Positions 1 to 8,536 of a stretch of DNA of 14,048 nucleotides are shown piece by piece. Each line of letters starts with the position of its first letter. Position 1 is the first letter of the stretch. This DNA is from Calditrichaceae bacterium (GTDB taxonomy: Bacteria > Calditrichota > Calditrichia > Calditrichales > JBFXGD01). The notes under the pieces are model-generated. The model was not told the origin of the DNA. It saw only the letters and a list, made by a program, of their open reading frames with translations, and did no database searches. The stretch is from positions 1 through 14,048 of the forward strand of contig JBFXGD010000086.1 in the NCBI GenBank assembly GCA_050178385.1, in the 5' to 3' direction. A program made the position numbers and the translations under genes.

Positions 1-2
1 AA

Positions 3-1850
3 CTGATTCCCATTCTGATATCCGGATTTTTTCTTCTGACAGGCGGTGTATTAAGGTATAATCATTTTCCTGGTGAACTTACGGTTATACTTCTCACTAT
101 CGCGATCATTTTGGGCGGGTATAAAATTGCGATTAAGGCTTATACCGAGTTAAAATCTCTCCGGCCGGGAATAAATTTTTTAATGACCATCGCAGTCATC
201 GGAGCCGTAATCATTGGTGAATGGACCGAAGCTGCCGCGGTCGTCTTTTTATTTGCTCTTGCCGAATGGTTGGAGTCGTTTTCGCTTGACAAGGCAAGAA
301 AATCAATTGAATCGCTTCTGAGATTAGTTCCGGAAATGGCCATTGTGCTTCAGGACGACCGGGAATTATCCATACCGGTTGAAGACGTAAAATCAGGCCA
401 AATCATTCTTATTAAGCCCGGCATGCGTCTGCCACTGGACGGATTTGTCATACACGGAGATTCATACATTGATCAGAGTCCGGTCACGGGAGAAAGTCAA
501 CCTGTGTTCAAACAGAAAGGCGATAAAGTATTCGCGGGTACTTTAAATCAATATGGCGCGCTTGAAATTGAAGTAACCGCTGATAGTGATGATACGGTTT
601 TAGCGGGAATTATAAGACTGGTAGAAAAAGCGCAGTCCGAAAAAGCGCCGATTCAAAGCTTTGTCGAGAAGTTCTCCGGATATTATACACCTGCTGTTGT
701 CGCCATGGCTTTCCTTGTGGCCGTTATTCCACCGCTGCTATGGAATCAGTCGTTTTCTGAATGGTTTTACCGTTCATTGGTGCTGCTGGTAATCTCCTGT
801 CCCTGCGCTCTTGTCATTTCGACACCGGTTGCAATTGTAACGGCATTGAGTCATGCTGCCCGAAAGGGAATTCTGATCAAAGGTGGCAATTATCTTGAAG
901 TTTTTAGCCGGATCAAAGCGATGGTATTTGATAAAACAGGGACACTTACCTATGGATTACCGGCGGTGGAAAAAGTTGTTTGTCTAAACGGATATACGGA
1001 AAATCAGCTATTATCTTTCGCATTGTCTCTGGAATCAAGAGCGGAACATCCGATTGCTGAATCCATTTGTGACTATGCGCGGCAGAAGGGAATTGAATCT
1101 CAGCGGGTGGATTCATTTAAGATTGTCCCCGGATTGGGGGTGTCGGGAATGGTTGAAGGGCAGACAATCAGTATAGGAAACGCCCGGTATTTTAATGAAT
1201 TACTTCCAAAACAAAAACAAATTATCCCGGATCCGGATGGTGAAAAAACGAGGGTCTATATCGGGAACGGAGAACAGCTATTCGGGTATTTTGATATATC
1301 GGACCAAATGAGGGAAAACGCGTATGACACCGTAAAACAACTGAAAAGTACCGGAGTAGATAAAATTATTATGATGAGTGGTGACCATCAGGATGTCGCG
1401 AAAAATATGGCCCGTCATGTGGGGATTGATATCTTCCATGCTGAGCTTATGCCGGAGGACAAAGTGCGGTTAATGGAAACATTAACCAAAAAATACGGAC
1501 AGGTCTGCATGGTGGGAGATGGTGTAAATGACGCCCCCGCCCTTGCGAAAGCCACTGTGGGAATCGGGATGGGACAAATCGGAAGCGATGTGACGCTTGA
1601 GACGGCGGATATTGTTCTTATGCATGATGACCTTGCAATGATTCCGCATTTAAAAAGTTTAAGCAGGGCAACGGTGGCTACAATCAGGGAAAATATTACC
1701 ATAGCTCTTGGGCTAAAACTGGTATTTCTGATTTTGGCTATTCCGGGATTCGCAACTTTATGGATGGCGGTATTCGCCGATATGGGGGCGAGTCTGATTG
1801 TGATTTTCAACAGCCTGAAATTAATCAGATTTACAGATAAAAAAGTATAA
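3..1850 (+). CDS. Heavy-metal-translocating P1B-type ATPase, Zn/Cd/Pb (P1B-2; ZntA/CadA-like), 5' end outside the window
   Basis: The frame is open from position 3 (LIPILISGFF...), so the TTG at 111 is not the true start. Motifs: TGES actuator, SCPC in the transmembrane helix, DKTGTLT phosphorylation site, HP, GDGVNDAPAL hinge. Lys (GLK) and Asp (ADMG) in the last two helices are typical of P1B-2 pumps. Confidence 0.95.
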   Translation: MIPILISGFFLLTGGVLRYNHFPGELTVILLTIAIILGGYKIAIKAYTELKSLRPGINFLMTIAVIGAVIIGEWTEAAAVVFLFALAEWLESFSLDKARKSIESLLRLVPEMAIVLQDDRELSIPVEDVKSGQIILIKPGMRLPLDGFVIHGDSYIDQSPVTGESQPVFKQKGDKVFAGTLNQYGALEIEVTADSDDTVLAGIIRLVEKAQSEKAPIQSFVEKFSGYYTPAVVAMAFLVAVIPPLLWNQSFSEWFYRSLVLLVISCPCALVISTPVAIVTALSHAARKGILIKGGNYLEVFSRIKAMVFDKTGTLTYGLPAVEKVVCLNGYTENQLLSFALSLESRAEHPIAESICDYARQKGIESQRVDSFKIVPGLGVSGMVEGQTISIGNARYFNELLPKQKQIIPDPDGEKTRVYIGNGEQLFGYFDISDQMRENAYDTVKQLKSTGVDKIIMMSGDHQDVAKNMARHVGIDIFHAELMPEDKVRLMETLTKKYGQVCMVGDGVNDAPALAKATVGIGMGQIGSDVTLETADIVLMHDDLAMIPHLKSLSRATVATIRENITIALGLKLVFLILAIPGFATLWMAVFADMGASLIVIFNSLKLIRFTDKKV

Positions 1851-1934
1851 AATAAAATCTAAGGTCAGAATAATTCAGTCATTGTTTGAGTTCTTGTCTT
1901 CATTTACGCCAACGAAAACCGGGAGATTCAGAAC

Positions 1935-2492
1935 GTGTTGTGGATTGAAGTGATCGGATCATTAAGCCTTGTGAGCGTCTTTGTAATACTCGTATTGACG
2001 ATTCGCAAAAAAGTACCTTACATAAATAATTACTTTTTTGGAATCGCTTTATTATTTGTCATTTGCGGTGTCATACTGGTATATATTGAAGACCGGCAAT
2101 TCACAAAATTTCAGCAATATAAATTCTGGGAAAATGTCAGCGGTGAAATCCTGGAGACAAAAATAACCGGTGAAAGAGCGATCCGACCGCAAGTGACATA
2201 CTCCTATATTTTCGACGGGAAAGTCTATGTGGACAGCACAAATCTTGAAACACCCGGATTTGGCGGACGAAACAACCGGCGTCAAACAGCGGCAAATATT
2301 CTAAAGGAATATATCGTTGGAAGCGCGATTCCGGTTCATGTTGATCCGGGATATCCGGAAAAATCGAAAATTCATATCGGTGTTCCATGGAATGTATTCG
2401 GAATTATGGGGTTTGGCGGATTTTTATACATTCTGGGCTTCTTCGGGGCTCTTGCATTTCTCTTAAGGATATTTTCAAGACCGGAAGATTAA
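1935..2492 (+). CDS. Membrane protein, DUF3592-like
   Basis: 185-aa ORF with GGGAG RBS at 1921-1925. It has two N-terminal hydrophobic helices, a soluble beta-rich segment (W..V.G.I....I...RP.V.Y.Y...G..Y ... Y..G..I.V..DP..P..S) and a C-terminal helix. This is the pattern I associate with DUF3592. Confidence 0.7.
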   Translation: MLWIEVIGSLSLVSVFVILVLTIRKKVPYINNYFFGIALLFVICGVILVYIEDRQFTKFQQYKFWENVSGEILETKITGERAIRPQVTYSYIFDGKVYVDSTNLETPGFGGRNNRRQTAANILKEYIVGSAIPVHVDPGYPEKSKIHIGVPWNVFGIMGFGGFLYILGFFGALAFLLRIFSRPED

Positions 2493-2664
2493 GAGATATT
2501 CAAAAATTTTAATAATTTAAAACAAATAGTGATATCTGATTTAAGTTTTCCGGATTTTCGCTTCTTATTCTTAGCTTATCGCGATGTCATTTTATTTGAT
2601 TTTAAAAAATTGCTGAATATTTATACCATCCATGGTTTTTGCCTGTTAATAGACCAAATTTTCT

Positions 2665-2693
2665 TTGCCTGTCATGCAAGTATTTTGTAAAAT
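2665..2693 (+). promoter_or_regulatory. Candidate sigma70 promoter for the exonuclease-DinG gene
   Basis: TTGCCT (2665-2670), a 17-bp spacer and TAAAAT (2688-2693) in an AT-rich intergenic region about 40 bp upstream of ATG 2735. Confidence 0.5.
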
Positions 2694-2734
2694 AAAGCTT
2701 TTATAAAAACCTCTCATTCAATACCGGAAAAAAA

Positions 2735-5683
2735 ATGGAATTAAGAAAAGAACTGCTCAATTATCTTGGTTTATCCACATTTGTCGTTGTCGATCTGGAG
2801 ACAACCGGACTCGAGCCGGAAAATAATAAAATTATTGAAGTCGGAGCCATAAAATTTGTTGATGGAGAAGAGACCGAGACTTTTGAGTATCTTGTGAACC
2901 CGGAATGTGATATTCCCGAGTTTATCACCAGGCTGACCGGGATATCGGATAAGGATGTGGCGGATGCGCCGCGGATCGAAAAAATTTTTCCTGAGCTTGA
3001 CCGTTTTTTGGGCGGCGCTCCGTTTGTAGGTCATCAGGTAAATTTTGACGCGTCGTTTATTGAATATCAGTACCGTGTCAGACATAATGATTTCGAGAAC
3101 TGGCAGAACCCGGTCCAGCGGTTTAAATATGTTGATAATGTCAGGATGGACACGCTGTTTTTATCCAGAATTCTGCTGCCGTTTCTACCAAAGTTAAAAT
3201 TAGGCGTCGTCGCCAAATATTTCGGTTATGATATTGAAAACGCTCACCGCGCCATAGAAGACGCCAGGGCAACGGGACATATATTTCTTGAACTGGTTGA
3301 CCGCGCGCTTGCGGTGGATAATAATATTCTGAGCAATATCATAAATCTGCTTTATGCCAATTCAGTGCGCGCAAAAAGTTTCTTTGTTCCCGTTCTCAAG
3401 TTCAAAAAGGAAAATAACATCACCGTTACTTCTTCGGCGCTCGTCGAAGATGTCAAACATGCTCAGCAATATTACAATATCATTGGACAAGGGGAATTCG
3501 GGTTTGATGATAATGCCGGAGATGAAGACGTTTTGGCGGTCGATGAGCAGATAGTTGACGGATACTTTCAGGATGGTGGGAAACTTGCGGATATCATCCC
3601 GAAATATGAACTGCGTGAACAGCAGCATGAGATGGCGGGATTGATAAACAACGCGTTTAATCAATCAGAATTTCTGATCGCGGAAGCCGGAACAGGCACA
3701 GGTAAATCAATGGCGTACCTTGTTCCCTCGGTGGAATGGGCGACAAAAAACCGTGAAACCGGCCAGCGTGTGATTATCTCGACAAATACAAAAAACCTGC
3801 AGGAACAATTATTTTTTAAAGATATTCCAACGCTTTACAGTGCCAGAAAGGGTAAGTTCAAAGCGGTTCTTTTGAAAGGCCGGTCGAATTATCTCTGTAT
3901 TGAGAAATGGAATACGGTGATGACAGATATGAATCAACGTCTGTCACAGGATGAACGCTCGCGTATTCTCCCGCTTGTACTGTGGGCCGAACAGACACGA
4001 ACAGGTGATATCGCGGAAAATATGGGTTTTCAGCTGGACAACAATCTGGGACTTTGGCAAAAGTTAATTGCCGAGCCCTCCTATTGTCCGGGACGGGCCT
4101 GCAAATTTTATAAAGACTGCTTCCTCATGAAAGCACGCGAGAATGCCAGACAGGCTGATCTGGTAATCGTTAATCACGCCTTGTTGTTTTCGGATCTCGC
4201 GGCTGACCACAGCATTCTGGGCGAGTACAGAAACCTTATCGTGGATGAGGCGCATAATATTGAGAAGACCGCCGCGGAGCATCTTGGGACCCGTGTAAGT
4301 TACTGGTCGTTCAGAAATCTGTATCATAAGTTATATGAAGAAGAACCAAAGAAGACCGGCACGATTCTACAACTTGAATACCGGCTGAGCCGCGGGAATG
4401 TGGATCAGGATGTTCAGAATCAATTACACCGGCATACCGGGAAACTGAAACGCAGCAGTACGCGCTTAAAGCAGAGCGTCCTTCAGTTTTATAATGAGTT
4501 TGCTCATGCCATCCGCGCAAAATATCAGTCCGGTGGTCAGGATGACAATCGGATCAGGTATTATCAGAATTTTCGCTATTTCAGGGATCTCACGGAACAG
4601 ATTGATGAGATAAAACAGAGTATGTCCGGTTTAAGCAGAAATCTGAGTGAAATCATTAATGAATTTGATAATCTCGCTCCGGATCGGTTTGAATTTCAGG
4701 ATCAGCTGCGTCGCGAACTGGTCGCGGTTGAGACAGATATAAACGCGCTTTCGGAAGCGTTCGATTTCTGTCTGAAGGCGGAATCGGATAAATACGTTTA
4801 CTGGCTTGATTTACCGCGCAATGAGCGGATAAATGATGTTACCATGCATGCCGTTCCTTTGAATATCGCGGATCTGCTCCGGCAAAATTTGTACGAAACT
4901 CTCGGCACGGCTGTATTTACTTCAGCTACTCTGGCTGTCGAACAACGGTTTGATTATTTCGTAAAGCGAACGGGATTAACCCAGTTTGATGATAAGAAAG
5001 TTGAAACCGCCATTTTGGGATCACCTTTTAACTATAAAACGCAGTTAATGCTGGCCGTGACCGATTTTATCCCTGATCCCAGAAGCGCGGACTATTCGGC
5101 GGCTTTATTTGAACTGATCAAGGATATTCATAAACATCATCAAACGGGGATGCTGGTTTTATTCACAAGTTACAGCCTTCTGAATTTGGCATATGAGTCG
5201 ATGAAACCGCATTTTGAAGCGGAACGGATACTGCTCCTTGCCCAGGGGAAAAGCGGAAGCCGCACCAATATTTTAAATCAGTTTAAGGAATACCGCGATT
5301 CAATATTGTTCGGAACAGACAGTTTCTGGGAAGGTGTGGATGTTCCGGGTGACGCGCTCGAGATTCTTTTTATTCCAAAATTGCCGTTTGACGTTCCGAC
5401 CGAACCATTGATTGCCGCCAGGATGGATGAGATCAAAAAACAGGGAGGCAACGCGTTTTTTGACTACTCTGTTCCGGAAGCGATTATCAAATTCAGACAG
5501 GGATTCGGCCGGCTGATCAGAACAAAAACCGATTTCGGCGCTGTCATCATTGCCGATAACCGATTGAGTAAAATGCAGTACGGAAAACAATTTTTGAGCA
5601 GTCTTCCAGTAAAAGGAGATATCTACTTTGATAAGAAGACGCTGCTTGATAGCATGGATGAATGGTTTTTGGGAAAAAAGTGA
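2735..5683 (+). CDS. dinG: DnaQ-like DEDDh 3'-5' exonuclease fused to a DinG-family (XPD-like SF2) helicase
   Basis: 982 aa. Exonuclease motifs: DLETTG (ExoI), GHQVNFD (ExoII), HRAIEDA (ExoIII). Helicase motifs: Q motif (LREQQ), Walker A EAGTGTGKS, ISTNTKNLQEQL, LLKGRSNYLC, DEAH, TSATL, LFTSY, FWEGVDVPG, KLPF, QGFGRLIR. Confidence 0.95.
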   Translation: MELRKELLNYLGLSTFVVVDLETTGLEPENNKIIEVGAIKFVDGEETETFEYLVNPECDIPEFITRLTGISDKDVADAPRIEKIFPELDRFLGGAPFVGHQVNFDASFIEYQYRVRHNDFENWQNPVQRFKYVDNVRMDTLFLSRILLPFLPKLKLGVVAKYFGYDIENAHRAIEDARATGHIFLELVDRALAVDNNILSNIINLLYANSVRAKSFFVPVLKFKKENNITVTSSALVEDVKHAQQYYNIIGQGEFGFDDNAGDEDVLAVDEQIVDGYFQDGGKLADIIPKYELREQQHEMAGLINNAFNQSEFLIAEAGTGTGKSMAYLVPSVEWATKNRETGQRVIISTNTKNLQEQLFFKDIPTLYSARKGKFKAVLLKGRSNYLCIEKWNTVMTDMNQRLSQDERSRILPLVLWAEQTRTGDIAENMGFQLDNNLGLWQKLIAEPSYCPGRACKFYKDCFLMKARENARQADLVIVNHALLFSDLAADHSILGEYRNLIVDEAHNIEKTAAEHLGTRVSYWSFRNLYHKLYEEEPKKTGTILQLEYRLSRGNVDQDVQNQLHRHTGKLKRSSTRLKQSVLQFYNEFAHAIRAKYQSGGQDDNRIRYYQNFRYFRDLTEQIDEIKQSMSGLSRNLSEIINEFDNLAPDRFEFQDQLRRELVAVETDINALSEAFDFCLKAESDKYVYWLDLPRNERINDVTMHAVPLNIADLLRQNLYETLGTAVFTSATLAVEQRFDYFVKRTGLTQFDDKKVETAILGSPFNYKTQLMLAVTDFIPDPRSADYSAALFELIKDIHKHHQTGMLVLFTSYSLLNLAYESMKPHFEAERILLLAQGKSGSRTNILNQFKEYRDSILFGTDSFWEGVDVPGDALEILFIPKLPFDVPTEPLIAARMDEIKKQGGNAFFDYSVPEAIIKFRQGFGRLIRTKTDFGAVIIADNRLSKMQYGKQFLSSLPVKGDIYFDKKTLLDSMDEWFLGKK

Positions 5684-5813
5684 CATTTATATAGAAAAAA
5701 TGATGTTTGATTAACCCATAAATAACCGGATTTTCAAGAGAATCAATAAATTGTGTAAATGTTTGATATCAATTGTATTTGAGAATACACTTTTCAATTG
5801 CGGGAGATGATTG

Positions 5814-7352
5814 ATGACTGATAGAAAATTGTTAATCGGTGAACAAGATCTGACCTTGGATGACATCAAATTTTTTCTTAAATCAAATCCATTGATTGCG
5901 TTTGAAGAATCGGTCAGGAAAAAGATCAATGAGAGTCGTCAGATAATAAAAGATATTGTGGGATCTGGCAAAGTAGTTTACGGCGTGAATACCGGTTTTG
6001 GAAAATTCGCTGATGTAAAAATAAAAAAAGAGGAGACGGCAGAGCTGCAGCGCCGTCTTGTACTTAGTCATGCCGCGGGTGTAGGTAATCCCATGCCGGT
6101 GGAAACTGTCCGGTTAATGATGATTCTTAAAATAAAAAATTTATCCCAGGGTTATAGTGGGGTTAGGATCGAAGTCGTTCAAATGTTGGCGGATTTGTTG
6201 AATAAGGGGATCACACCGGTCGTTCCTGAAAAGGGATCCGTGGGCGCCAGCGGTGATCTCGCGCCCCTTGCGCATATGGCGCTTGTTTTAATCGGTGAGG
6301 GAGAAGCATTTTACGAAGGGAAGCGAATAGAGAGCAAAGAAGCGTTGCGGCGGGCCGGTTTAAAATCTCTTGTTCTGGAAGCAAAGGAAGGCCTGGCAAT
6401 CCTGAATGGTACTCAGGCCATACAGGCGCAGGGGATTCGGGCGTTGATTCAGGCGAAAAATCTTGTAAAATCAGCTGATATTATCGGCGCGGTCAGCCTG
6501 GAAGGACTGCTTGGAACATTATCCGCTTTCGATCCGAGGATACATGAAATACGCAGACATCCGGGGCAGCAGAAAGTCGCGGCCAATTTTCTTAAAATTT
6601 TACAGCACAGTCAAATTGTGGAATCTCACCGGTTTTCCGATCATCGCGTTCAGGATGCCTATAGCCTCCGCTGCATGCCGCAGGTACACGGCGCGGTGAG
6701 AGATGGTCTTGAGTATGTTGAATCTGTTTTTGTAAGAGAAATGAACGGTGTGACGGATAATCCGCTTGTGTTTCCCGATAACGGCGATGTTCTGTCCGGC
6801 GGAAATTTTCATGGTGAGCCTGTGGCGCTCGCCTCAGATTATCTCGGAATTATCATGGCGGAGATTGCGAATATATCCGAAAGGAGAATCGAGCATATGC
6901 TGGACCCGTCCGTGAGCGAAATGGCGGGATTTCTAACGGAAGATGGCGGATTAAATTCCGGTTTCATGATTGCTCAGGTGACAGCGGCGGCGCTTGTCTC
7001 AGAAAATAAGGTGCTTGCGCATCCGGCGAGTGTGGATTCCATTCCGACCTCCGCCAACAAGGAAGATCATGTGAGTATGGGGACCTACGCGGCGCGCAAG
7101 GCTCTGGAAATAGTGGGAAATGTTGAAAATGTTTTAGCTATTGAATTGATCTGCGGTTGTCAGGCGCTTGATCTGAGGGCTCCGTTTCAGCCATCCGCGG
7201 GCACGCTGGAAATACTGGATCTGGTCCGGTCAAAAATCGCGCACTGGAAGGAAGACCGCCTGATTCATAAAGATATCGATGCCGCCAGAGAGTTTATACA
7301 ATCTGGCGATGTCGTCAGTTATATGGAGAAAGTCACGGGTGAATTAGAATAG
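5814..7352 (+). CDS. hutH: Histidine ammonia-lyase (histidase)
   Basis: VYGVNTGFG, MIO-forming GSVGASGDLAPL, KEGLAILNGT, VQDAYSLRC, GGNFHG, SANKEDHVSMG. The LSHAAG substrate-selectivity motif is of the histidase type rather than PAL or TAL. ATG 5814 follows GGAG at 5803-5806. Confidence 0.95.
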   Translation: MTDRKLLIGEQDLTLDDIKFFLKSNPLIAFEESVRKKINESRQIIKDIVGSGKVVYGVNTGFGKFADVKIKKEETAELQRRLVLSHAAGVGNPMPVETVRLMMILKIKNLSQGYSGVRIEVVQMLADLLNKGITPVVPEKGSVGASGDLAPLAHMALVLIGEGEAFYEGKRIESKEALRRAGLKSLVLEAKEGLAILNGTQAIQAQGIRALIQAKNLVKSADIIGAVSLEGLLGTLSAFDPRIHEIRRHPGQQKVAANFLKILQHSQIVESHRFSDHRVQDAYSLRCMPQVHGAVRDGLEYVESVFVREMNGVTDNPLVFPDNGDVLSGGNFHGEPVALASDYLGIIMAEIANISERRIEHMLDPSVSEMAGFLTEDGGLNSGFMIAQVTAAALVSENKVLAHPASVDSIPTSANKEDHVSMGTYAARKALEIVGNVENVLAIELICGCQALDLRAPFQPSAGTLEILDLVRSKIAHWKEDRLIHKDIDAAREFIQSGDVVSYMEKVTGELE

Positions 7353-7384
7353 ATCAGCATGTGGTCGTGACATAGCGCTTTCAC

Positions 7385-7413
7385 TTGAACGGTTGTTTTT
7401 ATTTTCATAGATT
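7385..7413 (+). promoter_or_regulatory. Candidate sigma70 promoter for the rpiB-like gene
   Basis: TTGAAC (7385-7390), a 17-bp spacer and TAGATT (7408-7413). It overlaps the ORF-track TTG at 7413, which favours the downstream TTG at 7443 as the start. Confidence 0.4.
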
Positions 7414-7442
7414 TGAAAAAAATTGATAGTACGGGGAATGTT

Positions 7443-8084
7443 TTGAAAAAATTAATACGGGAATTCGAAATTGTAACCGCGGCGAAGCTAAACAAAGTCG
7501 TTTTTATCGATAAAAATACGATTATCACACCACTCGCGAAGGATACCGCGCGTGAACTTGGTGTGGAATTTAAAGAATACAGGGAAGCGGATGTTACTGC
7601 GCTAAATCGTTCAGAAAAAGTCACGGAATCCTGGCCGGTTAAAAAAATTGCGATTGCGGCAGATCATGGGGGATACTATCTGAAAGAAGAGATAAAAGAA
7701 TTTTTACGTAAAATGGATTACGCCGTTTCAGATTTAGGTCCCATGAACGCCGACCCGTGTGATTATCCTGATTATGCCGTGCAGGTGGCAAGAATGGTCT
7801 CAACCGGTGAGGCTGAACGGGGAATCATGATTGATAGTGTGGGAATCGGGTCATCCATGGCGGCAAACCGCGTGCGCGGGGTACTCGCGGCGAAATGCAA
7901 CAATGCTTTCGAAGCGAGAAGCTGCCGGGAACATAACTTTGCCAATGTGTTGACGATGGGAAGCAAAGTAATCGGAAGTGAAGTCGCCAAAGAAATTGTA
8001 AAAGTATTCCTTGAGACTCCGGGTGGAGCTGAAAGACACAAACGCAGGATTGATAAAATTTTGGCGATGGACAATGGGAAGTAG
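7443..8084 (+). CDS. rpiB: RpiB/LacA/LacB family sugar-phosphate isomerase with a ~66-aa N-terminal extension
   Basis: From 7641 the sequence is RpiB-like: IAIAADHGG, DYPDYA, GIMIDSVGIG, AANRVRGV, REHNFANVL, ERHKRRI. Probable start is TTG 7443 (GGGGA at 7433-7437), giving MKKLIREFEI...; alternative start 7413. Confidence 0.85.
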   Translation: MKKLIREFEIVTAAKLNKVVFIDKNTIITPLAKDTARELGVEFKEYREADVTALNRSEKVTESWPVKKIAIAADHGGYYLKEEIKEFLRKMDYAVSDLGPMNADPCDYPDYAVQVARMVSTGEAERGIMIDSVGIGSSMAANRVRGVLAAKCNNAFEARSCREHNFANVLTMGSKVIGSEVAKEIVKVFLETPGGAERHKRRIDKILAMDNGK

Positions 8085-8434
8085 GAAGTAAGAAGTAGGA
8101 AGTAGGAAGTTTAAGAAAAAAGATAAAAGAAAAAAGAAAAAAGAGTCAGAACGGGCTGTTTCTGTGGACGAAGTAGGAAGTGGGAAGTAAGAAGTAAGAA
8201 GTGGGAAGTTTAAGAAAAAAGATAAAAGAAAAAAGAAAAAAGAGTCAGAACGGGCTGTTTCTGTGGACGAAGTAAGAAGTAGGAAGTAAGAAGTAGGAAG
8301 TGGGAAGTTTAAGAAAAAAGATAAAAGAAAAAAGAAAAAAGAGTCAGAGCGGGCTGTTTCTGTGGACGAAGTAGGAAGTGAGAAGTAAGAAGTAGGAAGT
8401 TTAAGAAAAAAGATAAAAGAAAAAAGAAAAAAGA
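8075..8434 (+). repeat. Higher-order tandem array (period 99, 99, 92 bp) of TRRGAAG heptamer runs alternating with a 64-bp constant block
   Basis: The constant block TTTAAG-AAAAAAG-ATAAAAG-AAAAAAG-AAAAAAG-AGTCAGAACGGGCTGTTTCTGTGGACGAAG occurs at 8110-8173, 8209-8272 and 8308-8371 (one A>G at 8349), and partially at 8400-8434. Heptamer runs occur at 8075-8109, 8174-8208, 8273-8307 (5 units each) and 8372-8399 (4 units). Confidence 0.97.
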
Positions 8435-8443
8435 TGAAGAACG

Positions 8444-8536
8444 GTCTGAACCCGGATTAAAATGATTAAATGATGTGCATGATTAAGAAATTGGAAATCA
8501 GAGTCATCATGTAATCAGGCGAATCATAGTTCAGAC
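8444..8536 (+). repeat. 93-bp hairpin/REP-like element, copy 1
   Basis: Terminal inverted repeats GTCTGAAC (8444-8451) and GTTCAGAC (8529-8536). GAT(T) motifs recur every 8-9 nt in the left arm and (A)ATC motifs in the right arm. It matches the reverse complement of 13371-13463 at 85 of 93 positions by manual alignment. Confidence 0.9.

Noticed and set aside
2735..5683. CasDinG of a type IV CRISPR system or a defence-island helicase
   Set aside because: There are no csf/cas genes nearby, and the DnaQ fusion and housekeeping context fit a chromosomal repair DinG.
5814..7352. Phenylalanine/tyrosine ammonia-lyase or aminomutase of a biosynthetic cluster
   Set aside because: The SH selectivity motif (LSHAAG) indicates histidase, and no biosynthetic genes are adjacent.
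8075..8434. CRISPR array (constant block plus ~35-bp variable spacers)
   Set aside because: The apparent spacers are all TRRGAAG tandem runs rather than unique sequences. The repeat is 64 bp and half low-complexity, and no cas gene or leader is present.
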